The notes beneath the pieces were generated by a model. It was not told where the DNA came from and did no database searches. It was given only the letters and a program-made list of their open reading frames with translations. A stretch of DNA of 57,767 nucleotides from an uncultured Candidatus Saccharibacteria bacterium (GTDB lineage: Bacteria; Patescibacteriota; Saccharimonadia; Saccharimonadales; 2-12-FULL-41-12). A program made the translations under genes and the position numbers. Of this stretch, positions 9,981 to 18,941 are shown piece after piece; the stretch's first letter is position 1; the number at the start of each line of letters is the position of its first letter. The stretch lies in assembly GCA_964404795.1 (NCBI GenBank), contig CAYOLI010000005.1, positions 1-57,767 of the forward strand. Reading direction: 5' to 3'.

Positions 9981-10937
9981 TTATTTGCTTGTAAGATTAC
10001 TACTATCAATTGCCTTATACAGTTGTTGTTGTTGCGTAACAACACTGTTGCGTTTATCGACTAGGTCATTGTATTGATTGATAAGTTGTTTTGTCTCCCC
10101 CACCAGCACGTTATAGTCCTTAACTTTTTGATTGAAAGTCGGGACCGATTTATTATATTCGTCAATTTGTTTAGATGACAAAAGCTGATCCATCCTACCC
10201 CTCTCCTCATCTATTGACTGCCCCATACCCTTAAGACGATTTTGATTGTTCTCAATAGTCGACTTTAACTCCGCAAGTTGTTTATCATCTTGACTAACTT
10301 GGTTTTTTAAATCCTCAAATGCTTTTTCATAAGACCTCGAACTATCTACAATCTTACTGCGGTCTTTAAAATAACCAGCGTAGTAGGTCTCTAGATCTGG
10401 GGGTAAATTAGAAACCTCAGTTCCTAAAATCGAATGTAGCTCATTGGTCACATCTGCGCCCGATTTGCGATAAGACTCGATTGTTGTTTTTATACGACTA
10501 TTATCGATCTGCTCATAAGCACTACTAACCATGTTATCGACTCGAGATCTTTCTTTTGAACTTAACCTTTCATATTCAGAATGAAGTAACTCATGAGCTG
10601 CTGTTACTTGCATCACCCCCGTCAACCGTGGATCATCAACATGGAGCAAATATATTCCTCTTGGGCTCGTAAAACACCCTAGAACGATTGTTTTTTCAGT
10701 GTTTTTTGGGCAGTGTTCATTAAATTCCTGTTTCTCGTCTATAGATGGTCTATTCACATAGAACAACCTTCGTGCTTGATCTTGCATGGTTGTTTCATCA
10801 GCCAAGGATATAACTTGAGAGGAGGGGCTATAACTTCTCAAAATCAGCCAATCAGATATCGAGCGAAAGTTATATAAGCCAATTGCCAATATAACCAAAG
10901 TTGTGAGAAGTGCTAATCCGACAGATTTAAAACGCAT
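9981..10937 (-). CDS. membrane-anchored protein with HExxH motif and long C-terminal coiled coil (function unknown)
   Basis: An N-terminal TM helix (GLALLTTLVILAIGLY) is followed by the HELLH motif in AAHELLHSEYE. The C-terminal 120 aa are heptad-like and rich in Q, K and E. I cannot assign a family. Confidence 0.6.
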   Translation of the reverse strand: MRFKSVGLALLTTLVILAIGLYNFRSISDWLILRSYSPSSQVISLADETTMQDQARRLFYVNRPSIDEKQEFNEHCPKNTEKTIVLGCFTSPRGIYLLHVDDPRLTGVMQVTAAHELLHSEYERLSSKERSRVDNMVSSAYEQIDNSRIKTTIESYRKSGADVTNELHSILGTEVSNLPPDLETYYAGYFKDRSKIVDSSRSYEKAFEDLKNQVSQDDKQLAELKSTIENNQNRLKGMGQSIDEERGRMDQLLSSKQIDEYNKSVPTFNQKVKDYNVLVGETKQLINQYNDLVDKRNSVVTQQQQLYKAIDSSNLTSK

Positions 10938-10964
10938 AATATACTAGTGGTCTAGTATATCAGC

Positions 10965-13430
10965 TTATTCTTTATTAGAGCTGAAAATCAACTTGCCACC
11001 TCGAGCACTTACCGAGATTACTGTTCCCTTTTGGTACTTGTTCTCTAGCAAGTGCTCGGATATCGGTCCCTCTAGTTCATCTTGCATTACCCGCCTTAGG
11101 GGACGAACACCGTTTTGTGGATCATAACCTTTTTCAACCAATAACTTCTTGGCTTTTGCATCCAGTTTTATTGCCAACCCCTGATGAAGCAATCTTGAAG
11201 ATAGCTCATCAAGTTGAATGTCGACAATTTGTCGAATTTCACGCTTGGTTAAAGAGCGAAATACTATTGTTTTATCGATACGATTTATTAGCTCCGGTCT
11301 CATTAATTGTTTGAGCGCATCTAAAACCTTCTCTTTATTACGGCCATGTAGTCGGTCTAGGTTATCAATATCTTTGTCTGTCGATGCCGTAAAACCAAAC
11401 TCAGCTTCTTTTTGAAGTTTCTCAGCCCCAATATTACTAGTCATAATAACGACTGTGTTACTAAAATCAATTGAACGACCCTTACCGTCAGTCAGCTTGC
11501 CATCCTCTAGAATTTGCAACAGGATATTAAAAACATCAGGGTGCGCCTTCTCTATTTCATCAAATAAGACCAAAGAATAGGGTTGCCGGCGTATTTTATC
11601 GGTTAGTTGGCCGCCGTCGTCATAGCCAACATATCCAGCAGGGGCACCCATAAGTCGAGAAACATTATGGTGTTCACCAAACTCACTCATGTCAATCTTG
11701 ATCATATTGTCTTCACTGCCGAAAAACTCCCTTGCAAAAACTCTCGCTAGCTCTGTCTTACCGACCCCTGTTGGACCTAAGAAAACAAATGACCCAATAG
11801 GTCGTCTGGAGTCCGAAATACCGCTTCGGTTGCGCCTGATAGCCCTGCTAACTGCCTCGACTGCCTCCTTTTGACCAATTATATATTTTGACAATGTATT
11901 CTCTAGACCGAGTAGATACTTGGCCTCACTACGAATAACTTTTGTTACAGGTACACCAGTGATTCGCGCCACTACATTAGCAACATCATCACTAGATAAA
12001 ACTAGATCTTTACCTTCGCTATACTTGGCCTGCAACTTCAATATATCTTTAGAAATCTGACTGGCCTTCGTTTTATAATGTGCAGCCAACTCGTAATCTT
12101 CTGCAGTAGCAGCGTCTTCAATTCTAATCTGTAATAAACGAAGTTCCTTCTGGGCTTTTCGCAGATCAGCAGGAGTTTTACCCTTATTAACCCTCAGATG
12201 TGCTGACGCTTCATCAAGCAGATCAATTGCCTTGTCGGGCATAAACCGATCGTTTATATATCGATTAGCAAACCTAACAGTGTCCTCGATGACTTCGTCA
12301 CTAATCTTAACTCGATGAAATTTTTCATAATGCTTTCGAAGCCCTTTTAATATATTTACTGTCTCACTCGGTGTTGCCTGTGGGACTATAACGGGCTGAA
12401 AACGTCGCTCTAATGCTGCGTCTTTCTCTACATATTTTGAATACTCGTCAGTAGTTGTCGCCCCTATAAGCTGGATCTTACCCCTAGCGAGTGCTGGCTT
12501 AAGCATGTTTCCAGCGTCCATGGCACCCTCTGCTGCTCCAGCTCCGACAATCAGATGCAGTTCGTCAACAAAAATTATTGTTTTTGTATCGTGCTCGAGC
12601 TCAGACATAACTTTTTTTAAGCGTTCCTCAAATTCTCCTCGGTATTTTGTCCCCGCAATCATTGCAGCTAAATCAAGCATTACTATTCGTTTTCCGAGTA
12701 AACTATCTGGGACCTCTTCTGCAACTATTTTGGATGCTAATCCTTCTACAATTGCCGTTTTACCAACGCCGGGTTCTCCAATTAACACTGGGTTATTTTT
12801 GGTTCGACGACTTAATATTGTAATTATTCGAGCAATCTGTGAATCGCGACCTACAACAGGATCTAACTTTGCCTTAGACGCATTATCAGTTAAATCAGTG
12901 CCGAAAAAATCTAATGCACTTTTCTTGCGCCGCTTAGAAGAAGAAACTACTCCACCAGGCCCCTGGGTTTGTTGCCTATTTAGAAACTGCTCTATCTCCG
13001 CAGATAAACTACTTACTTTGACACCCATTGACTGAAGCATTTCGGTCGCTCTAGCATTCTTTTGACTAAGTATGCTATGAAGTATGTGCTCGGTACCGCA
13101 ATATTCTTGACCATAATCTTGAGCAACTTCGTAGGCCATTTTCAAAGTCAACTTAGCTACCTCGCTAAGCCCCTTGGCCCCAAACTCGGCACTATTTACT
13201 CTAGGTGGAGTATTTAAGCTCAACCGAGCTTTTTGTAAAGTAACGCCAACGCCATCTAATAATTTAGCGCCAATAGATGACTCTTGCGCTAGCACACCAA
13301 GCAATAAATGTTCAGTACCGACATATGGACTACCGTGGCTGCGCGCAATAGCATCGGCGTTTCTCAAGCTAGCCAATGCATTTTCGGTGAGATGATTTAG
13401 GAACTCTTGAAAGTCAGACGATGGCATCAT
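10965..13430 (-). CDS. clpC: ATP-dependent Clp protease ATP-binding subunit ClpC
   Basis: It has duplicated Clp_N repeats, two AAA+ modules (GEPGVGKT, GPTGVGKT) and a UVR-like linker (EDYELAAHYK). An AAGGA SD lies 9 nt upstream of the ATG. Confidence 0.92.
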   Translation of the reverse strand: MMPSSDFQEFLNHLTENALASLRNADAIARSHGSPYVGTEHLLLGVLAQESSIGAKLLDGVGVTLQKARLSLNTPPRVNSAEFGAKGLSEVAKLTLKMAYEVAQDYGQEYCGTEHILHSILSQKNARATEMLQSMGVKVSSLSAEIEQFLNRQQTQGPGGVVSSSKRRKKSALDFFGTDLTDNASKAKLDPVVGRDSQIARIITILSRRTKNNPVLIGEPGVGKTAIVEGLASKIVAEEVPDSLLGKRIVMLDLAAMIAGTKYRGEFEERLKKVMSELEHDTKTIIFVDELHLIVGAGAAEGAMDAGNMLKPALARGKIQLIGATTTDEYSKYVEKDAALERRFQPVIVPQATPSETVNILKGLRKHYEKFHRVKISDEVIEDTVRFANRYINDRFMPDKAIDLLDEASAHLRVNKGKTPADLRKAQKELRLLQIRIEDAATAEDYELAAHYKTKASQISKDILKLQAKYSEGKDLVLSSDDVANVVARITGVPVTKVIRSEAKYLLGLENTLSKYIIGQKEAVEAVSRAIRRNRSGISDSRRPIGSFVFLGPTGVGKTELARVFAREFFGSEDNMIKIDMSEFGEHHNVSRLMGAPAGYVGYDDGGQLTDKIRRQPYSLVLFDEIEKAHPDVFNILLQILEDGKLTDGKGRSIDFSNTVVIMTSNIGAEKLQKEAEFGFTASTDKDIDNLDRLHGRNKEKVLDALKQLMRPELINRIDKTIVFRSLTKREIRQIVDIQLDELSSRLLHQGLAIKLDAKAKKLLVEKGYDPQNGVRPLRRVMQDELEGPISEHLLENKYQKGTVISVSARGGKLIFSSNKE

Positions 13431-13479
13431 GTTAAATATCCTTTACTTAAAATAATAAAAGTGTAACTCACTAATAAAT

Positions 13480-13507
13480 ATCATAGCAATTAGCACTCTT
13501 AAGTCAA
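13480..13507 (-). promoter_or_regulatory. putative sigma-70-type clpC promoter overlapping CIRCE
   Basis: The minus strand reads TTGACT (13507..13502), a 16-nt spacer, then TATGAT (13485..13480). The -35 box lies in the CIRCE spacer and the downstream CIRCE arm lies in the promoter spacer. A second TATAAT (13521..13516) abuts the upstream arm. Confidence 0.5.
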
Positions 13508-13516
13508 GAGTGCTAA
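13490..13516 (-). promoter_or_regulatory. CIRCE inverted repeat (HrcA operator) in the clpC promoter/leader
   Basis: TTAGCACTC-ttaagtcaa-GAGTGCTAA is an exact match to the CIRCE consensus TTAGCACTC-N9-GAGTGCTAA. It lies between the nusA stop (13536) and the clpC start (13430). Confidence 0.85.
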
Positions 13517-13535
13517 TTATAATTCCCAGCTATCT

Positions 13536-14708
13536 CTAAGCTATATCTTCACCATGTTCTTCGATGGCTTCGAGTAAGCTACTCTCTAGTTGTTCTTTCT
13601 TTTTCAGTCTTTGTCCACCAAGTGGTTTTGTTGTTTTAACTTCACTAGGTTCTGATTCTACCTGCTTTACCGTTTCTGCTACAACATCTAGCTCGTAGCC
13701 AGTTAGTTTGCTTGCAAGACGCACATTTTGCCCACTTTTTCCAATCGCAATACTCAGCTGATCTTCAGGGACGATTACTCTAGCTCTTTTCTGCGAACCA
13801 TCCAATTGAACTTCACTTACTTGAGTAGGGCTCAGTGCATTTTTAATGAATATTAGAGGATCTTCGTCCCACACGACAATATCAATCTTCTCTTGCTCTC
13901 CAACTTCGCTCATAACAGCATTCACTCTTGTGCCATGCCCTCCTACAAATGTCCCGACAGGATCAACCCCTGGGACCGTACTTGCAACAGCAATCTTGCT
14001 ACGCACTCCTGATTCTCTTGCAATTGCCTTAATTACTACGGCACCACTTTCCATTTCGGGAACTTCACTTCTAAATAACCACTCCATGAATTCACTGTTG
14101 CCACGAGAAACAATCAATTGTGGCCCACGATTACCCCGTTCAATCTCCTTCAAGTAAACCTTGATTCTTTGTCCTGGATGATATCGTTCGCCGTAAATTT
14201 GTTCGCTAGCAGGCATAATGGCCTGTGCTTTACCTAAATCGACTCTAACCAGACGACCTTCAACTCGCGCAACAACACCATTAGTTACGGTATGTATCTT
14301 GTCTTGATATTCAATCATGACAATTTCTCGCTCCGCTTCACGCAAGCGTTGCAAAATAACTTGTTTTGCGGTTTGTGCTGCCACACGCCCAAAAGTATTA
14401 GGCGACTCTTTAATTTCAATTTGATCACCAACTTTTGCATCATTCTTCATTTTTTTTGCATCCGAAAGCAACATTTCAAATCTATTGTCTTCAACTTTTT
14501 CAACAACATCTTTTAAAATAAAAACGTCTATTGTACCAGTGTTAAAATTCATGCTAACACGTAACTCTTGTTCTCGATCGCCAAAATCTTTACGATATGC
14601 AGCAGCAAGTGCCTGCTCAACGACTTCTTGCACCGCATCAACAGAAAGATTTTTTTCCTCTGCAATTGTTTTTATTACCAACCCAAGCTGTTTTACATCC
14701 AAATCCAT
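13536..14708 (-). CDS. nusA: transcription termination/antitermination factor NusA
   Basis: It has an N-terminal RNAP-binding domain, an S1 domain (VTNGVVARVEGRLVRVDLGK) and two KH domains (..IAIGKSGQNVRLASKLTG). An AAGGA SD lies upstream. Confidence 0.92.
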   Translation of the reverse strand: MDLDVKQLGLVIKTIAEEKNLSVDAVQEVVEQALAAAYRKDFGDREQELRVSMNFNTGTIDVFILKDVVEKVEDNRFEMLLSDAKKMKNDAKVGDQIEIKESPNTFGRVAAQTAKQVILQRLREAEREIVMIEYQDKIHTVTNGVVARVEGRLVRVDLGKAQAIMPASEQIYGERYHPGQRIKVYLKEIERGNRGPQLIVSRGNSEFMEWLFRSEVPEMESGAVVIKAIARESGVRSKIAVASTVPGVDPVGTFVGGHGTRVNAVMSEVGEQEKIDIVVWDEDPLIFIKNALSPTQVSEVQLDGSQKRARVIVPEDQLSIAIGKSGQNVRLASKLTGYELDVVAETVKQVESEPSEVKTTKPLGGQRLKKKEQLESSLLEAIEEHGEDIA

Positions 14709-14737
14709 TAATTTATTTTCCTTTGTAATTAAGTATG

Positions 14738-14763
14738 AAAAAATCCGACCACTGTGGCCGGAT
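14738..14763 (-). terminator. intrinsic-terminator-like hairpin plus U6 in the nusA 5' leader (candidate attenuator)
   Basis: The minus strand reads ATCCGGCC-ACAGT-GGTCGGAT (an 8-bp stem with one G.U pair), followed directly by TTTTTT. It lies about 30 nt upstream of the nusA ATG and downstream of the putative promoter. Confidence 0.5.
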
Positions 14764-14773
14764 GCTGACTATT

Positions 14774-14801
14774 ATTCTACGCGAAAAAACAATTATTGCA
14801 A
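14774..14801 (-). promoter_or_regulatory. putative nusA promoter
   Basis: The minus strand reads TTGCAA (14801..14796), a 16-nt spacer, then TAGAAT (14779..14774). Confidence 0.45.
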
Positions 14802-14873
14802 ATCAAAGCAGAAGTAAATTTGTACTTAAGTATCTTTGCAAGCAGTGTTAAGTGTGGGTTACAATATCTTTTT

Positions 14874-17435
14874 ATGGCAAAAAATGTAAAAAGGTTATTC
14901 CAAAATTTTGTTCCATCAAGCTACACTCTTGAATTATTTTTAACGTCTTCCGATATGACATTTCGAGGTAAAGTTACCATTCGAGGCAGTAAGACAGGAC
15001 GACCAAGCAAGCGTATCACCATGCATCAAAAAAATCTGAAAATTTCCAACGTTAAAATAAAGAAAACTAGTGATACCTCTAGCTCAATTGAAGTTAACAG
15101 AATAAATAACCATGACAACCTAAACGAAGTACGCTTGCATACAACTGAAACGATTCACCGAGGAGAATACGAAATCTCCCTAGAGTTCAAAGGTAAAATT
15201 AACGACCAGATGCACGGACTCTACCCCAGCTACTTTAAACATAATGGGAAGAAAAAGTATCTCTTAGCGACACAGTTTGAAAGTCATCACGCTCGTGAAG
15301 TTTTCCCTTGCATAGATGAGCCAGAAGCAAAAGCCACCTTTGACTTGACTCTACACACAAAAAACGAGCTAGTTGTTCTCGCCAATACTCCTGCAAAAAA
15401 AATTCAAAATGGGAAAGAAACAATAACCACATTTGAGACAACTCCAATCATGAGTACTTACCTGCTGGCCTTCGTTGTTGGTGAATTACATGGAACGAAT
15501 GCAAAAACAAAAAATGGACATACTGTAAAAACCTGGACAACCATCGCCCAACCAATCGAGTCAACTCGTTACGCCAACTCCGAGGCAGTTGCAGTGCTGG
15601 ATTTTTTCGAAGAATATTTTAAAACACCTTATCCTCTAAAAAAACTTGACCAGGTCGCTTTACCCGATTTCGAAAGTGGAGCAATGGAAAACTGGGGGCT
15701 AATTACTTATAGAGAAATAGCCCTGCTTGCCGACCAAAAGAACAGATCTATCTCTAGCGAACAGTATATATCGATGGTTATCGCTCATGAGATATCGCAT
15801 CAATGGTTTGGTAATTTGGTCACTATGAAGTGGTGGGATGATTTGTGGCTAAATGAAAGTTTTGCCAGTTTAATGGAGCATATTGCCTTAGACGCACTAC
15901 ACTCGGAGTGGCATCAATGGGAGCAATATGTATCTATGGATGTATTGGCTGCTTCGAACCGAGACGTTTACAGTAACGTACAAGCGGTAGGAGTAAAAGT
16001 AAAGCATCCTGATGAAATTTATAGTCTTTTTGATTCGGCAATTGTCTATGCTAAGGGGGGCAGATTACTTAAAATGCTCCTGGACTACATCGGCGAAAAA
16101 CCCTTTAGAGACGGTCTTAAGAACTACTTTACAAAGTACGGCTATAAAAATACGACTAGGGATGATTTATGGACTGAACTATCTACATCTAGCCACAAGG
16201 AAATTCAAAAAATCATGAACCCATGGTTAGAAAAATCTGGTATGCCTTTATTGTCGGTGGATATTAAAAATGGAAATAAAATAGAACTTCATCAAGAACG
16301 CTTCCTGTTAGACAGCAAAGCAGCCCCCGGGCTTTGGCCTATACCATTATTGCCTACTCCTAGTCAAAGTGTTGATCTGTTAAAAGAAAAATCGATCACT
16401 TTCAGCACAAAAGAGCCAAATAAAATTATCTTTAATTCCTCGGGCAGCAGCCACTTCGTCACGAACTACAAAAATACATCGAGTAAGGATTTCATCAAGT
16501 CGGCAATTTCAAATCAAACGATACAACCCCCGGCCCGCATCAATATTCTCAACGACCTGTTACTGCTTTCAAAAAGAGGAGACATTAGTTTGGTAGAGCC
16601 GCTTCAAATTATCAACGAGTGCGGCGCCGAACCAAGATCTGCTGTTTGGGAGCTAATCTGTCGGGTAATTAATTTAGCTCAAATGCTTACCGAAAATGAT
16701 CTAGAATGCGAAACTGCAATACAGCAATTAAGAGTATGCTTGGCAAAAATGCAGTTTTCAAAACTAGGATGGGAAAATCATAAAAACGACGACCCAAACA
16801 CAATCAATCTTAGAAATACCCTATTATCATTAATGGCCAGAGGCAAAGACAAAAATGTAGTTAAAGAAGCCATTAATCGTTTTAACAAGGTTGACGATGT
16901 ATCAGATTTGCCGGCCGATATCAGGGGTATTGTTGTCAGTACCGCCGTCAAAAATTCTGATGTCGATATAGACAAATTAATCGCAAACTACCAACAAGTT
17001 ATTGATGGCGATGTTTTAACAGCGATTACGCTCGGTCTATGTAGCGTCCAAGACCAAAAAACAGCAAAGTATATTATAAAAAACGCCCTAGGTAATAAGG
17101 GATTTGTAAGACCACAAGATATTTTTCGATGGTATGCATATCTTATGCAAAACAAATTCACTCGAGAGCTAGCGTGGGATTGGTTGACAAACGAGTGGGA
17201 GCGACTCGAAAAAGTTTTCGGTCCTAGTAAATCTTTCGATCATTTTATACTTTATTCAGCCAAACCACTTAGCACCAAACAGTGGTTTGATGAATTTAAC
17301 AAGTTTTTTTCACCAAAAACGAATAATATTGCGTTGAAAAGAAATATAGAGATCGCACTAGTTGAAATCGATTCTCGAGTCCGTTGGAGAGATAGGGATG
17401 AGCCAAAAGTGCGGCAATACCTGCTTCAGACTTGA
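14874..17435 (+). CDS. pepN: M1-family aminopeptidase N
   Basis: It carries the GAMENWG exopeptidase motif and HEISHQWFGNLVTMKWWDDLWLNESFA (HExxH-18-E). ATG 14874 (MAKNVKRL...) is preferred over the ORF-track start at 14796, because the TTGCAA-18-TACAAT promoter (14836..14865) falls inside that extension. Confidence 0.88.
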   Translation: MAKNVKRLFQNFVPSSYTLELFLTSSDMTFRGKVTIRGSKTGRPSKRITMHQKNLKISNVKIKKTSDTSSSIEVNRINNHDNLNEVRLHTTETIHRGEYEISLEFKGKINDQMHGLYPSYFKHNGKKKYLLATQFESHHAREVFPCIDEPEAKATFDLTLHTKNELVVLANTPAKKIQNGKETITTFETTPIMSTYLLAFVVGELHGTNAKTKNGHTVKTWTTIAQPIESTRYANSEAVAVLDFFEEYFKTPYPLKKLDQVALPDFESGAMENWGLITYREIALLADQKNRSISSEQYISMVIAHEISHQWFGNLVTMKWWDDLWLNESFASLMEHIALDALHSEWHQWEQYVSMDVLAASNRDVYSNVQAVGVKVKHPDEIYSLFDSAIVYAKGGRLLKMLLDYIGEKPFRDGLKNYFTKYGYKNTTRDDLWTELSTSSHKEIQKIMNPWLEKSGMPLLSVDIKNGNKIELHQERFLLDSKAAPGLWPIPLLPTPSQSVDLLKEKSITFSTKEPNKIIFNSSGSSHFVTNYKNTSSKDFIKSAISNQTIQPPARINILNDLLLLSKRGDISLVEPLQIINECGAEPRSAVWELICRVINLAQMLTENDLECETAIQQLRVCLAKMQFSKLGWENHKNDDPNTINLRNTLLSLMARGKDKNVVKEAINRFNKVDDVSDLPADIRGIVVSTAVKNSDVDIDKLIANYQQVIDGDVLTAITLGLCSVQDQKTAKYIIKNALGNKGFVRPQDIFRWYAYLMQNKFTRELAWDWLTNEWERLEKVFGPSKSFDHFILYSAKPLSTKQWFDEFNKFFSPKTNNIALKRNIEIALVEIDSRVRWRDRDEPKVRQYLLQT

Positions 17436-17764
17436 TCGATAAATGTAATCTTAAAATGTCTATCTACTTGTGCTGCAGATAATACAAATTCCCCCTCATA
17501 CTCATTTTTTGACACCCATAGTTGTGCAGCAAACGCCATCTGCTTGATCTTGTTTGAAGTAATATAGTCAAACCCTTCTCCGAACGAATCGGTTCCTCTG
17601 AACTTGACTTCTACAAAGTGTAGGCAGTTCCTTTTTTGAGCAATAATATCAATCTCACAATATTTTGTTTTCCAATTTCTTTCGATAACCAAGAAACCAT
17701 TCGATTTTAAATAATCAACTACACGATCTTCGGCAAGATTTCCATCAATATTATGACGCGCCAT
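17426..17764 (-). CDS. yraN: YraN-family (UPF0102) predicted endonuclease
   Basis: GNLAEDRVVDYLKSNGFLVIERNWKTKYCEIDIIAQ..LHFVEVKFR matches the UPF0102 signature. It lies directly downstream of rnhB, as in many bacteria. The start is taken at MARHN, because the longer ORF would overlap rnhB by 68 nt. Confidence 0.8.
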   Translation of the reverse strand: MARHNIDGNLAEDRVVDYLKSNGFLVIERNWKTKYCEIDIIAQKRNCLHFVEVKFRGTDSFGEGFDYITSNKIKQMAFAAQLWVSKNEYEGEFVLSAAQVDRHFKITFIDQV

Positions 17765-18317
17765 AAAGGTACTTTTTAATCGGGTTAAAACTATACCTGT
17801 GATACGGGGTTGGACCATATTGGTTAAGTTGCTTTAAATGTTCCCTAGTTCCGTATCCTACATTATTCTCAAATCCAAAACCCGGATAATGCTTCGACAG
17901 CCCAGACATGTAGTCATCTCGCGCAACTTTAGCCACAATACTAGCTGCACATACCTCCGGTACCATCATATCTGCTTTGATAATTGCCCTAGAGTTAGAG
18001 AGGCGCTCTAAATAATTAATATTCCCATCGATAATTATCTGCTCCGTCTTATGATTGTAATCAAACAACGCCCTATTAATCGCTACTATCATCGCCCGAG
18101 TTAGGCCAACCCTGTCTATTTCACTAGCTGGCACCCACCCGAGACCAACATAAAGAGCATTTGAATAAATGGCAGTGTTTAACGATGTTCGTTTTTTCTT
18201 CGATATCGACTTAGAATCGGCCAGTCCTTCAACTTTTTTTCCAAGTACAACAGCAGAGACCACCAACGGCCCTGCCCACGCACCCCTTCCAACTTCATCG
18301 ATACCAACAATCGACAT
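17751..18317 (-). CDS. rnhB: ribonuclease HII
   Basis: The GIDEVGRGAWAGPLVV catalytic motif and the DSK..S and D(G)N motifs match the RNase HII family. Confidence 0.9.
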   Translation of the reverse strand: MSIVGIDEVGRGAWAGPLVVSAVVLGKKVEGLADSKSISKKKRTSLNTAIYSNALYVGLGWVPASEIDRVGLTRAMIVAINRALFDYNHKTEQIIIDGNINYLERLSNSRAIIKADMMVPEVCAASIVAKVARDDYMSGLSKHYPGFGFENNVGYGTREHLKQLNQYGPTPYHRYSFNPIKKYLYGAS

Positions 18318-18346
18318 AATTATTATATTTTAAACTAGAATTAGAT

Positions 18347-18826
18347 TTAGTCAGCTGATTTTTTATTGTCTTCTGACGATTTAGCTGTTTGATTATTCCC
18401 TAGTTCAGCACTTTTAGAATCATCATCTGCGGGGGTTGATACCGGTTCCTCTGGAATGGTATTGACAGCATCCTTATCAAAATCAACGCTAGAAAGCCGT
18501 GCCGATTTTCCTGTGCGCTCCCTCATATAGGTTAAGTAGTTTCTGCGGACCTTGCTCCTTTTAACGATCTCAACCTTAGTGACCAGCGGGCTGTGCATGA
18601 GATATGTCTTTTCTACACCTATTCCGCTGGCAATCCGACGAACAGTTATGCTACTGGTATGACTATTTTTTCGGCTGGCACGGATTACAAGCCCTTCGAA
18701 TACCTGTATTCGCTCTTTGTTACCTTCGCGAATTTTTTGGTGAACACGAACCGTATCACCACTTTTTACTTGCACAACGTGGTGTTTCTTGTGGCCATCG
18801 GCAATTTCCTTTAGCAAAGGGTGCAT
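18347..18826 (-). CDS. rplS: 50S ribosomal protein L19 with C-terminal acidic/Ser-rich tail
   Basis: The core (VKSGDTVRVHQKIREGNKERIQVFEGLVI..RRIASGIGVEKTYLMHSP..VEIVKRSKVRR) is L19. About 45 extra C-terminal residues are low-complexity. Confidence 0.9.
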   Translation of the reverse strand: MHPLLKEIADGHKKHHVVQVKSGDTVRVHQKIREGNKERIQVFEGLVIRASRKNSHTSSITVRRIASGIGVEKTYLMHSPLVTKVEIVKRSKVRRNYLTYMRERTGKSARLSSVDFDKDAVNTIPEEPVSTPADDDSKSAELGNNQTAKSSEDNKKSAD

Positions 18827-18941
18827 ATCTTTTTTTGTAACCTCAGTTTATGAATTTATATTAAGCTTAATTTACTATATCACATCTGTTAACAAAAAAC
18901 CATACCCAGTAATGAGCTATCTGATAGTTTATAATTATGAA

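Noticed and set aside
12505-13035. Long antisense ORFs inside real genes. Examples are the 176 aa opposite clpC, 44102..44560 opposite the GDPD gene, 29864..30316 opposite the gatA-gatB insert, 33698..34123 opposite uvrB and 2520..2819 opposite recG.
   Set aside because: They lie entirely within strongly supported genes on the other strand. They have low-complexity, S/L/F-rich composition typical of shadow frames, and they show no motifs or plausible promoters.
13431-13535. CtsR operator upstream of clpC.
   Set aside because: No tandem (A/G)GTCAAA-NAN-(A/G)GTCAAA repeat is present. The only AGTCAA lies inside the CIRCE spacer as a single copy.
14796-14873. N-terminal extensions in the ORF track: pepN 14796, malic enzyme 18789, galU 28524, pilin 35807, yraN 17818, gatC 32069, LOG-like 36411 and the coiled-coil protein 54551.
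   Set aside because: The extensions are hydrophobic or junk-like, overlap the upstream gene, or contain the gene's own -10 box. Family-typical N-termini begin at the internal Met, and several have an SD or a -10 box correctly placed for that Met.
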